This document shows, piece by piece, positions 13,005-24,550 of a stretch of DNA of 64,000 nucleotides (the first letter of the stretch is position 1; each line of letters opens with the position of its first letter). The position numbers and the translations under genes are program-made. Source of the stretch: Phoronis australis (lineage: Eukaryota > Animalia > Phoronida); contig NMRA01000273.1 in assembly GCA_002633005.1 (NCBI GenBank), forward strand, positions 315,555-379,554, given 5' to 3'. Below the pieces are notes generated by a model. It searched no databases, had not been told where the DNA came from, and saw only the letters and a program-made list of their open reading frames with translations.

Positions 13005-13072
13005 AGCTTCAGTTCATCAAGAGGACACATAGTCTGGCATATTCCCACAACTGCTGATCCATCGTCTGCCAT
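13005..13072 (-). CDS. SAC3D1: SAC3D1-like exon 1 (MADDGSAVVGICQTMCPLDELK)
   Basis: aaaATGG start at 13072; donor GTGAGT at 13004; conserved G.C..MCP motif. Confidence 0.88.
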
Positions 13073-14097
13073 TTTCAACGCACGACCTCACATGTTCACA
13101 GCACCCAATCTAGTTGGTACATACATAGCTGCACAGACAGTTTGCTTTTTAGCTGCACATAGAGTTTGCTTTCTCTCTGAAAAATATCAAAAAGAAACGT
13201 TATGCGTTTCTGTTTCCCCCAAGACGAGGAATTTAAAATAACCATGCACCAGAACATCAGAGCGCCCTCTCTCATTCTGTGAGATTTACGTGCAATGCTG
13301 TTCGTTTGTCATACGCTGTTCTCTCGCTAACCACTATTTTGCATCGAGATTATTTTGGCATTTGTGACAGTTTTTTTCCTGTTGCATAGCGAGTTTTAAC
13401 ACAGATAACGAAGGACTTGAAAAGCTGACTGGGACATGATAAATCATTCGTAACTAGTCAAGACTAGGCTTACAAGTGTGTCAGCGCCCTACTTTTTCGA
13501 AAAGTAGGTCAATCATAGTTTTTTACCTCCGCAAAATGTATAGTTGAATCCTTGATGTAGGGACCTTCTGAGGCAGCTATCATGAAGCTACATTAGATCC
13601 TTCAAGATGAACTTCAAACCAAGAGAGTTACAATAACATGGCTTCAATTAATCTAGATCTCAAGACAATAGTGTTTTCACTTCACAAACTATAGTTGGGA
13701 ATAAACCCTCTTTCTTTCAGTCACCAAGTTTTGATTTTTGCCTCTTGGCATCATGAATTTGGTCCAAATCAAGTCTTAAAAGGAAATGGAATACAAAAAT
13801 TATGCTAAAGTGCAGCATGAAAATGGCGTTGCTTAGCAACAGATAACTAAGTAACTTGGTTGACTCTCGGATCCACAAGTTTTTGCAAGTTTCACAGTAC
13901 TCATAGCACTGTCTATGGTTGCGAACAAGAGTTTATATTGACTTGCCATTTATTGGATCGTCAGCAGTCACTTTAAACCAACAGGTACACAAGTTGATAG
14001 CAGTTATAGCTCTGTCAGTTAACCTTGTTGCAGTTTTCGACCATGTAATAGACTAAGTCAGATCTTGTGTACTGCACTGTGAAGTGAACATTCTGTT

Positions 14098-14545
14098 ACG
14101 GACCGCCAAACACGGGTCACGGACAAAATGAAGATGTCAGCTGACGCAGGAAGCCGATGACTCATAAACACGGGCACGGACACATCAACACATCTCACGG
14201 ACCTGCAAACACCGTCCACTGACTCACAAACACAGAAATGGACTCACAAAACATGATCCACGCACCCAAAGAACGGGACACGGACTCATATTCACGAGGA
14301 AACACGGACCGCCAAACACGGGTCACGGACAAAATGAAGATGTCAGCTGACGCAGGAAGCCGATGAGTCCGTGACCCGTGTTTGGCGGTCAGTTAACCGT
14401 GTTTCCTCGTGAATATGAGTCCGTGTCCCGTTATTTGGATGCGTGGATCATGTTTTGTGAGTCCATTTCTGTGTTTGTGAGTCAGTGGATGGTGTTTGCA
14501 GGTCCGTGAGACGTGTTGATGTGTCCGTGCCCGTGTTTATGAGTC
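14098..14545. repeat. Foldback/palindromic element built of CACGGAC-type subrepeats
   Basis: A ~63-bp block is directly repeated (14098-14160 and 14304-14366). The arm 14158-14306 is the near-perfect reverse complement of 14397-14545. Confidence 0.85.
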
Positions 14546-15679
14546 CATTGACCTTAGTTTAGGCACCTTGACACTGAGGTCCCCAAGTACATTTTATGTT
14601 AATTTATAGGCCCACTATTGAAATTTCCTTGGTATCAGCCCTGTCCCTTATTCTATTGTGAATGTTCACTGTCCACACTAATCCCTTTAATAAAAATATC
14701 AAAATTGCAAATAAAATTTATGAGTTCGTTGTGTACCTTGCGCTGGATAGTCACTGGTACAAGAGTAAAAAAACTAATAATTTACAGGCATGCCTCGCAG
14801 ATAATTTCATTTCCCACTAGTCACTGATCTGTGTTTAACTTTTACAAGGTGGAGGACACTGCCGAAGTCAAAATTTTTTGCAACCTGTGACGATGTACTG
14901 CAAAAAAAACATTCAAAAAGTCTATAAACTGCCGTACTTTGTCCAAAATACAATAGGTGCCGTGTGCCGAGGAAGACAGTTATAGTTACTTCATTAAACA
15001 TTGAATTCAGTGTGCCTCCCACACACATCTCAGTCACATGCCATTCCCACATCGTGTCTCAAAAAGTTCAAGTGTGAAATCACAATCACGCCCGGGGATC
15101 AGGAAAGGTTGGGTAAAGTAAGCGAAAACGTCGGCGAAACTGGTTGCATCTCACATTAAACAGCACTATTTAGTAACATTACATCACGTATCTTAGATGT
15201 ACATCTTTTATCCCAACTGTAATCTGATCGCGACCTGTGGTTTGTAGGCATACAGTGTGCCATTGCACACATAATCATTTGTCGTACTAACCCCCCACTC
15301 CCCGGTATTTCCAGTGACAGACCAGCTTTTGACACGCACTGTAACAAACCAAGACATAGTACGGATGCGACTTCACTGTGCACTAATCACGCCCACACAA
15401 AGTCTGCCCATTGGAACCCGCATCCAGACGCTGTCTAGCCGCATTCGATGGGAAGAGATTTCACATATAAGCACTATATACGGTACATTAAGTAGCAAAG
15501 TTAGGAGCATGCAAATACATCTTTAAATTGCTTTATGGTAGAAGATAGAGCAAAATGATCCTTATTACTACTAAATTCATTACATCACATAACAATTCGT
15601 TTATTTGTTAAACTTCATGGTTTACTAGATGACATGTCACGAATCTGGCCGTCACTATGTAGTACTAGTAGTAGCATGG

Positions 15680-15825
15680 CAGAAAAAGGGGGGAGGGCTA
15701 CAGCCTCCCAGTCCAACTGTGGTGCACCGACCATAGATCGTGGGTGGCGCAACACTGAAAAAAGTGGGGCGATAGCCCTCTCCCCCCGCCCCCCAACCCC
15801 CTATGCCTATGGTGCACCGTACATG
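15680..15825 (+). repeat. Short repeat (GGTGCACCG / GCACTGAAAAAAGTGGGG..TAGCCC); direct copy at 20565-20702
   Basis: The shared motifs CATAGA.C.TGGG.GGCGCA.CACTGAAAAAAGTGGGG..ATAGCCC and CTATGGTGCACCGT.CATG occur at both sites in the same orientation. Confidence 0.7.
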
Positions 15826-16742
15826 ACAGTAGGCCTACATTCTGACCAATGACAATGTCACAGTGTGGTCGAATCATGGTTAGGTTCAATTCAAAGGTTA
15901 ATGGTTCTCACAGTGACCAAAAAAGTGAAGTTGGAATTCTTTGCCAAAGTCATCTTAATTCTCTTCACTAAGCTTCATCGAAGATGTGTGTAGAAGGGCA
16001 CTGGTCAGATAAAGCAGTCCTGGATTTAGTTTAGAGACTGACCAGGCAGTCACTAAATAACGGACCCTTTACTCAGTGGATGAAACTGGTTCTCTAAACC
16101 AAGGACCGCCACATCCTACCAGTACCATGTAGAAGTAGACCACTGAAGAAAGTAAGCGCTTTTTAAGTGATAGTTTTTTTAAGTGTGGCATGTATCTTTG
16201 ATGAGGTGAAAACTCCTAATCTGTGGCCGTATTCGGCACCGCCCGTTTAAAATACATGGGACGAAATTCATATAGAAAGCGATGGGAAGTATTGTTGCCC
16301 CTAACCGGCCAACCGAGGGGCTACGTGTTGCCCATAGGCATCCTCAGCTTCTGATCGTCCCCGGCCCAATACACTAGTGACTAAATGTAGTAGGACGCCT
16401 GGGCTGTGAACTGTGGAGTGTGGAGAGAGTGTTGAGACTTGAGTCCTGGTTCTCCAATTTTTGGAGAACCAGAAATCATGAGACGACTGCTATATTCGAC
16501 CAGCGCCTAAATTCAAAATATCTGCTTCACAAACATGCACTTTCACCTTTAACTTACAATGTAGACTTCAACACCATGGAAGTTGAAGTACTTACATGTT
16601 TTAGCAATACTGACAAAAATCGCACCTCGTCGCCAACACGTGAAGTTGAAAACTGACTAGTAGAGACCCCTAGTGGTCTGTAGCACAAGCAACAGGGAAA
16701 CAGTCATGAAGATGCTGTGCGTGAACTCGGAATCATGGCTCC

Positions 16743-16876
16743 CGTTCAGTAACGCTAGGACCTCGCTAAAAAGCAAGACTTCGCAAGATTACGCGAGGTA
16801 TTGCCGTGTATTTCAAATGAGAGCATGTGACTTTGGGTTAGCTAGGTCGTGGCGTAGGTCCTAGCGCTACTGAACG
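16743..16876. mobile_element. MITE with 21-bp terminal inverted repeats
   Basis: CGTTCAGTAACGCTAGGACCT ... AGGTCCTAGCGCTACTGAACG (1 mismatch). Confidence 0.7.
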
Positions 16877-17776
16877 TACGCTTGCTTTATCTCAAGATCG
16901 CGTATGCGTGAACTTAGAATTGAATATTCGTTTGGGTATTCAGTTGAAATTTTTTGTTCAGTGTAAATAAGTTTTGTAATTATTGGCCTCATGATAACCC
17001 ATTTTCGCCCTTAACGTAACTTGTGCCTAATAATCCGAAGTTTATGTGAATGGTTAAATCAATTATTTTTTGGTGATGATCGCCAATAGTTGAAAGACGA
17101 TTGGATAAAAATTTGCTTTATTGCAAATTTTTGTCAACGTGAATGCTGTGTATCATGTAACGAGACTGGTTATGAGATCAGCCTTACCTTACTACTCCGT
17201 GTCAGTGGCTGCCGCCGGGTTGATAAGTTCATACGAATAATGTATGGGACTGAGGTCAGTCAGCAAGCGCGCACCCAGCCGAAAAAAATAGGGAGCTCGA
17301 ATTTTTGAGAATGTGGACCTTTACTAAAAATATGGGGTATGTTCAGAGCTATGAATTGTGCAGGCGCCGAATTTTGGTACTTCCAGCCTTTTTAGTGGAC
17401 TTTTGTCCCGTTTTCTACTTTTTCGGACTTTTTGTTTCTCTAAGGCGGACCTTTTTGCCCACTCCTGTCACACAACAATCTTCCCTGTTTAATTTTAAGG
17501 ATTCCCGCCCAAATCCAAACAATCAAGTAAGTACCTATACACCAGCCCAGTTCGGAAACTATCATCAATATGTACACCCAACTGGCTGAAACATTTAATT
17601 GAACATATTTACACTGTTTTCTTTTTCTTTCTCTTACATATTCAACTCGTCTGAGCTCAGACCTGAAAAACATAAAAAGCAAATTTAAGTCATTAGTTCG
17701 CTGTCTCCTTTCTCTTTCAAAGTGAAACAGCGAATTTATAGTGCTAACACTCCGGCTGGCAGCAGAGCTCGTTGAC

Positions 17777-20020
17777 TCATGCCTTATTCTTCTTTGCAAA
17801 CAACTCCTTGGAGTTCTTAAGGATTACGTCTGCCAAATCCTCTAGATTCTAGTTTCGAATTCTGACCACATTCTCCAGCCATTCACCTAGGTGTACGTGA
17901 TGTACCTGACCCTCTTGCTGGGGTGATTATATGTAGCGAGTTTTCATTCCACCAAAAGACGATTCATTAGAATTGTGCGAATTTCGTTAACTCCTCAGTC
18001 AGAACGAATGCAACTGGATCTTACTGTTTGGGCTCAGTTGAGGGTTTCACTAACTAACCCGAACAACATTTCCAAGGCTGCATCCAGGTTGTTTTTCATT
18101 CCCATTCCTCGCATGAGAAATCACTGGTCTTCCCCGACCAACATCGGGTTTGTTCCATTCTACCAAGGTATCCTTCAGGAATTGAACCTGGCTCAGCTTC
18201 TATTTACTCTACCTGAACATGGACCAGTGAAGTCTATGCCAATCTCGCCCTGAGCGCTTACCACCCTATCAGGATCTGGGGCGGATCCAGGATTTTTATT
18301 TAGGGGGGCCCGGGCAGAGTATTAGCCAGGATTTTGCCCGTCAGACGGCGCACCCCCGAACTGCAAAATGGAATCTGGGAGAGTTTTAGGAGGGCATGGC
18401 CCCCTTGGCCCCCCTCTAAATCCGCTACAGAGGATACAGCAGATAACCCATTATATTATTCCATAGTCCCACATCCGTTTGTCGATTCATATGTTTTGGA
18501 TGCCAGTGGAGCCCGACTGCAATTTTGAACTGAGGATCAGAGGGAGAACTCACCTCAGTGTCGGTTGCCAGGTTTTTGGATCGCAATACACAGGCACACC
18601 AGCAATGACTTTTACAGATGTCAAAACATCTGACATTGCCAAGCCTAGGTCAGACTGGAGTTTCCACTCACCTGCTCTCCACGTAGTGATCTGTCCACGT
18701 GTTGGAAGTGAGCGTCTGCTACTCGCACTTCTGGTCTGATTGGCACTTTATCCGGAGACCTGAGTAATAAATCCTCTGTTTTCAGATCTAAATCTGAAAT
18801 ATTATTACTTGTTATTATTGTTATCTGCCCCAGTCTTTAATTCGGTTTCTGTCAAATCCAATTCATTGACCTCGGACATCTCCATTCTTTCTCGTGAATC
18901 TTTGGGCGGACACTATTATAGTACTCCCCCAACCACACGACTGGTTCTCTTGTCTGGTTGCAGGCCTTATCTTGAACTGTACGAGGTTCGTACGCCGACC
19001 TTGACTCAGCAGATGCTCGAGAAAGGGTTGAGCATCATGCATCGGACTCAGGCTGTTCATGTGTCGCCAGTCCAGGCAGTCTGGAAGTCGGAGGCTGCAC
19101 GCTTTGCTGTGCACTTTCACCAGCTCCCGGAGGTCGTCACCCATATGCTCGACTCAGCAGGTCCTACACTGAGGCGTGTCCCCCAGTTCTGGGACTGCCA
19201 CTCAACGCCGCACCTTCGGGAAGATGGTGCTGCCGTATCACGTGCCTTGCCAAGTAACGGATCTTCCTGTCACCAAGGGCAACAACGGTTAGCACGTTTA
19301 TCAGAACTAGCCCCGGCGACTATCAGGTCGGCTATCTTGCTCTGGAGTTTCCATCCACTCCCACTATAGTCGGCTGGACTCTGTATCCGGGATGTAAGCC
19401 GGTCACGACTTTGGTCCCGTGGCTTAACAGTTGATAGTCGCCGTGTTCGTGACTATGGTCGAATCCGTTCCCTGCTCCTTGACGTCTCTGCTGTGGTCAG
19501 CCGCTCTTAATGATGCTTGCCCACGCCGCCGGACTATGCCGGGCCGCCCGAGAATCGGGGTACGGAACTGACCAGTCGGCTCCAACTATGGTAGGCCGCT
19601 CTTCGGAGTTGCCCGTGTCGCCCTGCAGTCGGCCGAGGATCGGAGTGGTGAACCGGGTCGGCACCAGCTGGGGTCGGCCGCTCGGGATGGTGACGCTCAT
19701 CAGGACGACTATGGTTGGCCGAACTCCTCGGTGACGACGAGGAGTACCTTGGGCTTCTAGACGACCAGTTCTACGAGCCTCGTTGATGCGGTCCCCTTAA
19801 TTCGTGTACGACTTCGACTACGACGACCCCATTGACGCTGGCGAGGTGGCTGTGCCGGTGCATTGCCAAGAGGTCCACTACGTTTTGAAGGGCTCCCAGG
19901 AGACTATTCACACGCTGATACCCTTCCATTCTGCAACGAGTCGAAAGACTGTCCCTGCCAGTCTTCACGAAGTCGGAGAGTCCCATTCAGTCTTCTTAAA
20001 TTTAAAACCGACGCTATTGG
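17777..20020 (-). pseudogene. Decayed intronless gene: RS-rich N-terminus + Zn-finger-like motifs + TatD-family metal-dependent DNase domain
   Basis: Minus-strand translation across frameshifts gives, in canonical TatD order: VADAHF.HVDR (~18725-18690), GVPVYCDP, KIAVG..WHPKH (~18525-18490), VSAQGEIGIDF (~18260-18230), RPVISHAR (~18130-18108), IQLHSF (~18020-18003), RLLVE (~17960) and DLADVILKNSKELF..* (TGA 17779-17777). Upstream are CCPW*..YLARHVIRQHHLP (~19290-19222), CRTC and SR repeats (RRSRSRTR, SRSRER). Confidence 0.8.
18276..18430. mobile_element. MITE (GGGGCGGATCC family) inserted in the TatD-like gene, 5-bp target-site duplication (TSD) AGGAT
   Basis: TIR CTGGGGCGGAT/ATCCGCTACAG; AGGAT at 18271-18275 and 18431-18435. 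Excision restores the frame HPKHMNRQTDVGLWNNIMGYLLYPDRVVSAQGEIGID. Confidence 0.85.
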
Positions 20021-20261
20021 TCGCTTAGGTCCATAACTCGATGTTGTACCTGCTTGAGACTGAATGAGTCGTTAGTTAGATTGAAGATTCACGATTGGCA
20101 GTGATTGGAACTGTGCTAATTTGTAAACAATGTAATCAATGTTTTAAGAACTACTCAACTTTTGCACACCTTTTAAATAGTAACTAAATGGGCACGAATA
20201 CTATACTTTTCTCATGGCGGTTCCGACTAGTTAGAAAACAATCAGACAGAGAAATGAACTG

Positions 20262-20387
20262 TCGGAGTTCTGGTTTCGGAATTGTGGATATTCCAAGTAG
20301 TAAACTTTTGAAGTAGCGAACCTTCGCATTAACTTCGGAGTACTGGACTTTCGGAGTGATGAGCCTTCGGAATAGTGACATGTAACC
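20262..20387. repeat. Degenerate ~15-bp tandem repeat (TTCGGAGT core)
   Basis: Successive GTCGGAGT, TTCGGAAT, TTCGGAGT, TTCGGAGT and TTCGGAAT units, ending GACATGTAACC. Confidence 0.55.
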
Positions 20388-20564
20388 TTGGAAATCGTTT
20401 CCATCAAGTTTTTTGCTCGTATGACGCCTGCGAGACTGTGCGCCATCGGCACTGATTGACAAGAGAAGACTTTCTTCATTGATCAAAGTTTTTATTAGAT
20501 CTACTTTTCCATGAAAATGCCCGTAGGGATTTTCTTAGTGCCACTGAGAAAATAAGGCAGTTCG

Positions 20565-20702
20565 TGGAGGGTGCAGCACTGAAAAAAGTGAGGGCTATAG
20601 CCCCCCTGTGGTGCACCGTCCCACGGCATAGACCATGGGCGGCGCAGCACTGAAAAAAGTGGGGACTATAGCCCCCAACCCTCTATGGTGCACCGTCCAT
20701 GT
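20565..20702 (+). repeat. Second copy of the 15680-15825 repeat (internally dimeric)
   Basis: GCAGCACTGAAAAAAGTG..TATAGCCCCC..GGTGCACCGTCC occurs twice in tandem. Confidence 0.7.
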
Positions 20703-21077
20703 AGTTAAATGTCTGATTTTTGAGCAGCGATGGAGGACTGCCTATTGTGAATTTAATGTCTGCATTTTAACGTACTCTGCCACTATCAAAATAGCAGATA
20801 AACCTACTTTCTGCTGTTTTGTTTCATGGTCGATTTTAAGACGTTCACACGGCACTACTTTTTGGGAGCTCTCTCGCTGCTATATAGCGTATGTATATGT
20901 GTAGACATTGACTTCTGGACTCCCGTATTACCCTAAGTTGTAGCCACCACGCGCGTTCAATGCCGATGAATCCTCCTCTAATCGTTTGCACGATCCTATC
21001 ATCAAGCACCATTCGGACGAAGTTGACCGGGTACGGCCCGATAGTTCATCAATGCCCGTCACCTTTACCAGGGTATA

Positions 21078-21281
21078 CAGGGGCGGATCCTGGATTTTGA
21101 GTTAGGGGGGCCAGGACACGGGAATAACCAAAATTTCGGCAGACGCGCGCGCCCAGCCTAAACTGTAGGGATGCAGGGGTCTCGAATTTTTGGATCTGCG
21201 AACCGTTTGACTAAAAAAAACTGTAAACGGGGTTTGTTCAGTGCCTATGCATTGTTTATTCACCCCCCTGGATGCGCGTAT
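21078..21281. mobile_element. MITE (CAGGGGCGGATCC family)
   Basis: CAGGGGCGGATCCTGGATTTT..GGGGG start, CCCCCCTGGATGCGCG end; same family as 18276 and 24394. Confidence 0.6.
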
Positions 21282-21344
21282 ACGCTAGTCAGCAATTCGC
21301 ACCCGAACTGCCAAATGGTATCCGCCAATGGTATAGGCCACGAA

Positions 21345-21772
21345 TCGATAGATTTCCATTTTGTTCTGTCCTGGGCGATTCCTTCTAGCTGTCTCCATGA
21401 GTATCCTAACCTCTCCATGTCATCGGTGATGCATCTTCTCCAGGTCATTCGTGGTCTGCCTCTATTTCGTTTACCCTGTGGGTTCCACTTTAATGCGTGT
21501 CTGGAAGTGCTACTTGTTGATCTTCTTAGTGTATGTCCAATCCAGCGCCATTTCCTTCGGCCGATCTCCTCTGCCACTGGTGTCTGTCCTGTTGTTTCCC
21601 ACAATTCTTCATTTCTTATCCTTTCTGGCCACTGTATCCTCAAAATTTTTCTCAGGCATGAATTGACAAAAGTTCGCAGTCTCTTGAAGTTTATTTTTGT
21701 GTTTGTCCGGGTCTCTGATCCATATAACAGTACTGATTTCACGTTTGAGTTGAACAATCTCAATTTTGCCCG
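21345..21772 (-). mobile_element. RTE-clade LINE, 3' fragment of ORF2 (post-RT region)
   Basis: LFNSNVKSVLLYGSET..., FVNSCLRKILRIQWPERIRNEELW, RKWRWIGHTLR, ALKWNPQGKRNRGRPRMTWRR, AQDRTKW. Confidence 0.92.
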
Positions 21773-22809
21773 ATAATTACGTGAAATAAATTCAAAATTA
21801 TTAGTGACTTAGTTATCATTGTAGTTAGTAGTACCAGCAACTGCAACAATTTTGTTGTTGTTGTCCTTCTTTAACGGATAGGTCGGGGCTGGACCTTTTC
21901 CGCCCCGAACCCCTCTGGCTATGGTCCTGATTTTTAACCATATATTCGTCAAAAACAATCTTTCTAACCAACAATATCATCAGTGTAGGTACATGAATCA
22001 CATCCATACATCATGTACCCCCTGCAGGTGCCCAGAGACCAGTTATTTAGTATATGTGTGAATGAGTGGAAACCTTACTGGGAAAATATATACTACTATG
22101 GTGCCCAAAGTTCTTGTAAGTGTACCGATCGGTTTTAGAATTATTTTTTCAGTAATAAAACTATTTTCCAGTAATCAATATCTATAGCATATTGTGAGGT
22201 CAACGGGTTGGATGGCCACTTCAAGTAGCAAACCCAAATGTATACATGTGCATTTTCGTGTGCACTAAATGAAACTAAACGGTGACGGAATTCAACGTAA
22301 AATGCGAGTTCTTTCATGCAAGGTCAAAAAGTTAGATCTACCGAAACTTGGTTGGCTCACTAATAAACCCAACTTCCTTAACAAAGCCATTATTTAGAAC
22401 ACTCACCGTTATGAAGTCGGCCTGAAGTTGCTCCTTAGTTAAAACACATTACTTATGATTTCTAGGTTTGAACGAAAGTGTCAGAACGTTATTGGCTCGA
22501 GAATAGGCTCAACATTAGCCTTGATACAAAACCGTATACTAAATATACGACAGTCTTCATACAGCTAGCTGGCTGGGTAGCTCTACATATGCTTTATAGT
22601 CACGGCGTGTCATTTTAATCGCTGGCGTGCATGCATGGTCTCTCTTTAACACCAACAATCACTAGTAATCTGCATATGAATCAAGTTGAGACCAATTTTG
22701 AGGTGGTAGTTAGGTCTAAATCAAAATACGTTTCTACGGAACGTGGGTTCCCTGCCGCTTCAGAAAATAATTAGCTAAGATCTCGAATTTAACGCCCACG
22801 AGCAAGATG

Positions 22810-23040
22810 GGTTGCATTGCCTCGAACAAACGCAAGTCCATGGCCTTTCCTACTACCTGGAACAACTTACCTGCCCACGTCATCAGGTGCTGCCTCGCTG
22901 GATCACTTCCACAGATCCCTCAGCTCATGTAAATCATTGCATTTCGTGCACATTGCACTGCACCCTCATACTACACTCTTGTACATACGCATCCCACCAT
23001 TGCATTTTTAATTTCGTAACATGTGTCACTTCAGAATCAT
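22810..23040 (+). mobile_element. CR1/L2-type LINE 3' end remnant
   Basis: Across frameshifts: PRTN..., TWNNLPAHVI, AASLDHFHRSL (the WN.LP...SL..F...L ORF2 terminus). Confidence 0.55.
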
Positions 23041-23688
23041 CGACTTCGAGTGTGAAATGTTTCAAGAGAGATAGAGATAGAGGGCATAACATCAGACCCT
23101 TTCCCCTTTGTAGTACAAGCAATCTGTCGCTGCTGAACTGAAACTGGTTTTAGTTGAGTAAAAAACCTTTGCACATATCAGGCTGATATTTTGTTGAAGA
23201 AAGAAGAAAATGCTTTACCACCGCGTCAATTAAAAAAAAAAACGAAGACCAGAACCAAGAAATTTTTGCCCTCAATACGCAGCGGGGCGTGTTTAGGACA
23301 TCCAGTACTGTTGACCAACGATGAACAACCTGTTAGTGTAAAATTAAAATTCATTATTCGTTTTATAGGTGCTCAAGATGTAATATTTCTTAAACATCCA
23401 CATGTTTACTGCTACTATGACAATGTATATACAATATAACGTACAATTTCGTTTGCATCTCGAGCACATGTGGTCTGTTTTCAGACCACAAACTGAGTCT
23501 AATCAATAGAAAGCTATAACTAAAATATGAAAAGTTCGCAAATTATAGCCTCGTAAGTTATGTTGTTTACTAAGTACATAGTACAAAATGGAACTTTGAA
23601 ATAAATTCGAATTGAATGTACACCGGACACCTTTCATTATTGGCTTGTGACGTCAATGAGCTGAGTGTTAGTTTACGGAAATACTTAA

Positions 23689-24133
23689 AAGGGAACTGTA
23701 TTTTATCCTGAATAAATTCTGGATAGTTTTCTATGAATTGTTGATTAATTTCACAAATAATTCAACACCAAAAATTAAACTTATGTTCTCTAACGAAGCT
23801 CAAAAAATTACCGGCTTGGAGCGCTGCTTAGTCTCGTGACGTATTTGGCGGGGGCAAAGTCACTGTCCTGTGTTAGCGTGCAATCAAGTAGCGTTTTTTG
23901 TATTGTCGGAATAAGAAATTTTAGTGTGAAATTTCGGGTCACAAGGGATACCTGTTTGAGCCGAGGCAACACAAAATGATACCTAGTCATCGTCATCGTC
24001 AGACGAAAATTTGCCGGTGTAACTGGTGTCAGTGACTGTGCCGAGGGCAATGTGGACTCTAGCCATCCAGTCAGCCAGNTATTTGTATGTTAGAACCGAT
24101 TAACTGCAACATTATTTTGACTACAGTCCCCTT
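23689..24133. mobile_element. Non-autonomous TTAA-targeting DNA transposon (Kolobok-like termini)
   Basis: TTAA|AAGGGAACTGTA ... TACAGTCCCCTT|TTAA; 12-bp TIR with 1 mismatch. Confidence 0.7.
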
Positions 24134-24393
24134 TTAAGATTATGTAGAGCTCCAAAGAATTGTATCAATTTGGCTAACTTTGTAACCTTAAATCTCAGAA
24201 ATGGCTGATGGATTCATGTAGAAAATTCAGACTCTGGTTTAAATTAAAATTTTGTAATTGCTAAGTAGATAGTCGCTATACATGTATGAGGAAAACATGA
24301 ATGATGCCGCGGAGTGCATTTGCGATGCAGTTTTAGAGCTAAAATGGACTATTTTCAATATTCAGTTTTACTACGACACAAGATCAATTGTAT

Positions 24394-24550
24394 CAGGGGC
24401 GGATTTAGGATTCTTAAAGGGGGGAGGGCGGTCAAGGACTTTTTGAAAGGGGAGACCAAGTCAACAACTTGAAAATTATAGATTTGATATCACTAAAATC
24501 AAGGGAAAAAGGGGGCTCCGGACCCCTTGACCACCCTGGATCCGCCTATG
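24394..24550. mobile_element. MITE (CAGGGGCGGAT family)
   Basis: CAGGGGCGGATTTAGG ... CCTGGATCCGCCTATG. Confidence 0.7.

Larger units (their letters stand above)
8019..13072 (-). other. SAC3D1: SAC3 domain-containing protein 1 gene (SAC3/GANP family), complete 7-exon model, 346 aa
   Basis: Exons 13072-13005, 12804-12613, 11817-11656, 10811-10608, 10309-10169, 8880-8694 and 8105-8019 sum to 1041 nt with consistent phases and GT-AG introns. Motifs: GICQTMCP..E..LRERE..LHMFE, VKEYSRPAAG, LRP..VL.KTVDYL, FNRLRAVRQDMVIQ, YLLYCLG, NYVRF, IMSHGYSSK. Confidence 0.9.

Noticed and set aside
8019-13072. Calling the gene GANP/MCM3AP or LENG8
   Set aside because: The protein starts directly at the SAC3 domain and ends at 346 aa, lacking the long N- and C-terminal regions of those paralogues.
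17305-17589. Gypsy pol C-terminus or LTR/PBS next to the TatD-like gene
   Set aside because: Only a weak resemblance (TPAQFGNY); no integrase or RT motifs and no LTR pair were found by eye.
18809-19369. 186-aa plus-strand ORF and neighbouring plus-strand ORFs at 19510-20028
   Set aside because: Antisense shadows of the GC-rich minus-strand TatD-like pseudogene; no recognisable motifs.
21171-21776. 201-aa plus-strand ORF
   Set aside because: Antisense of the RTE LINE fragment.
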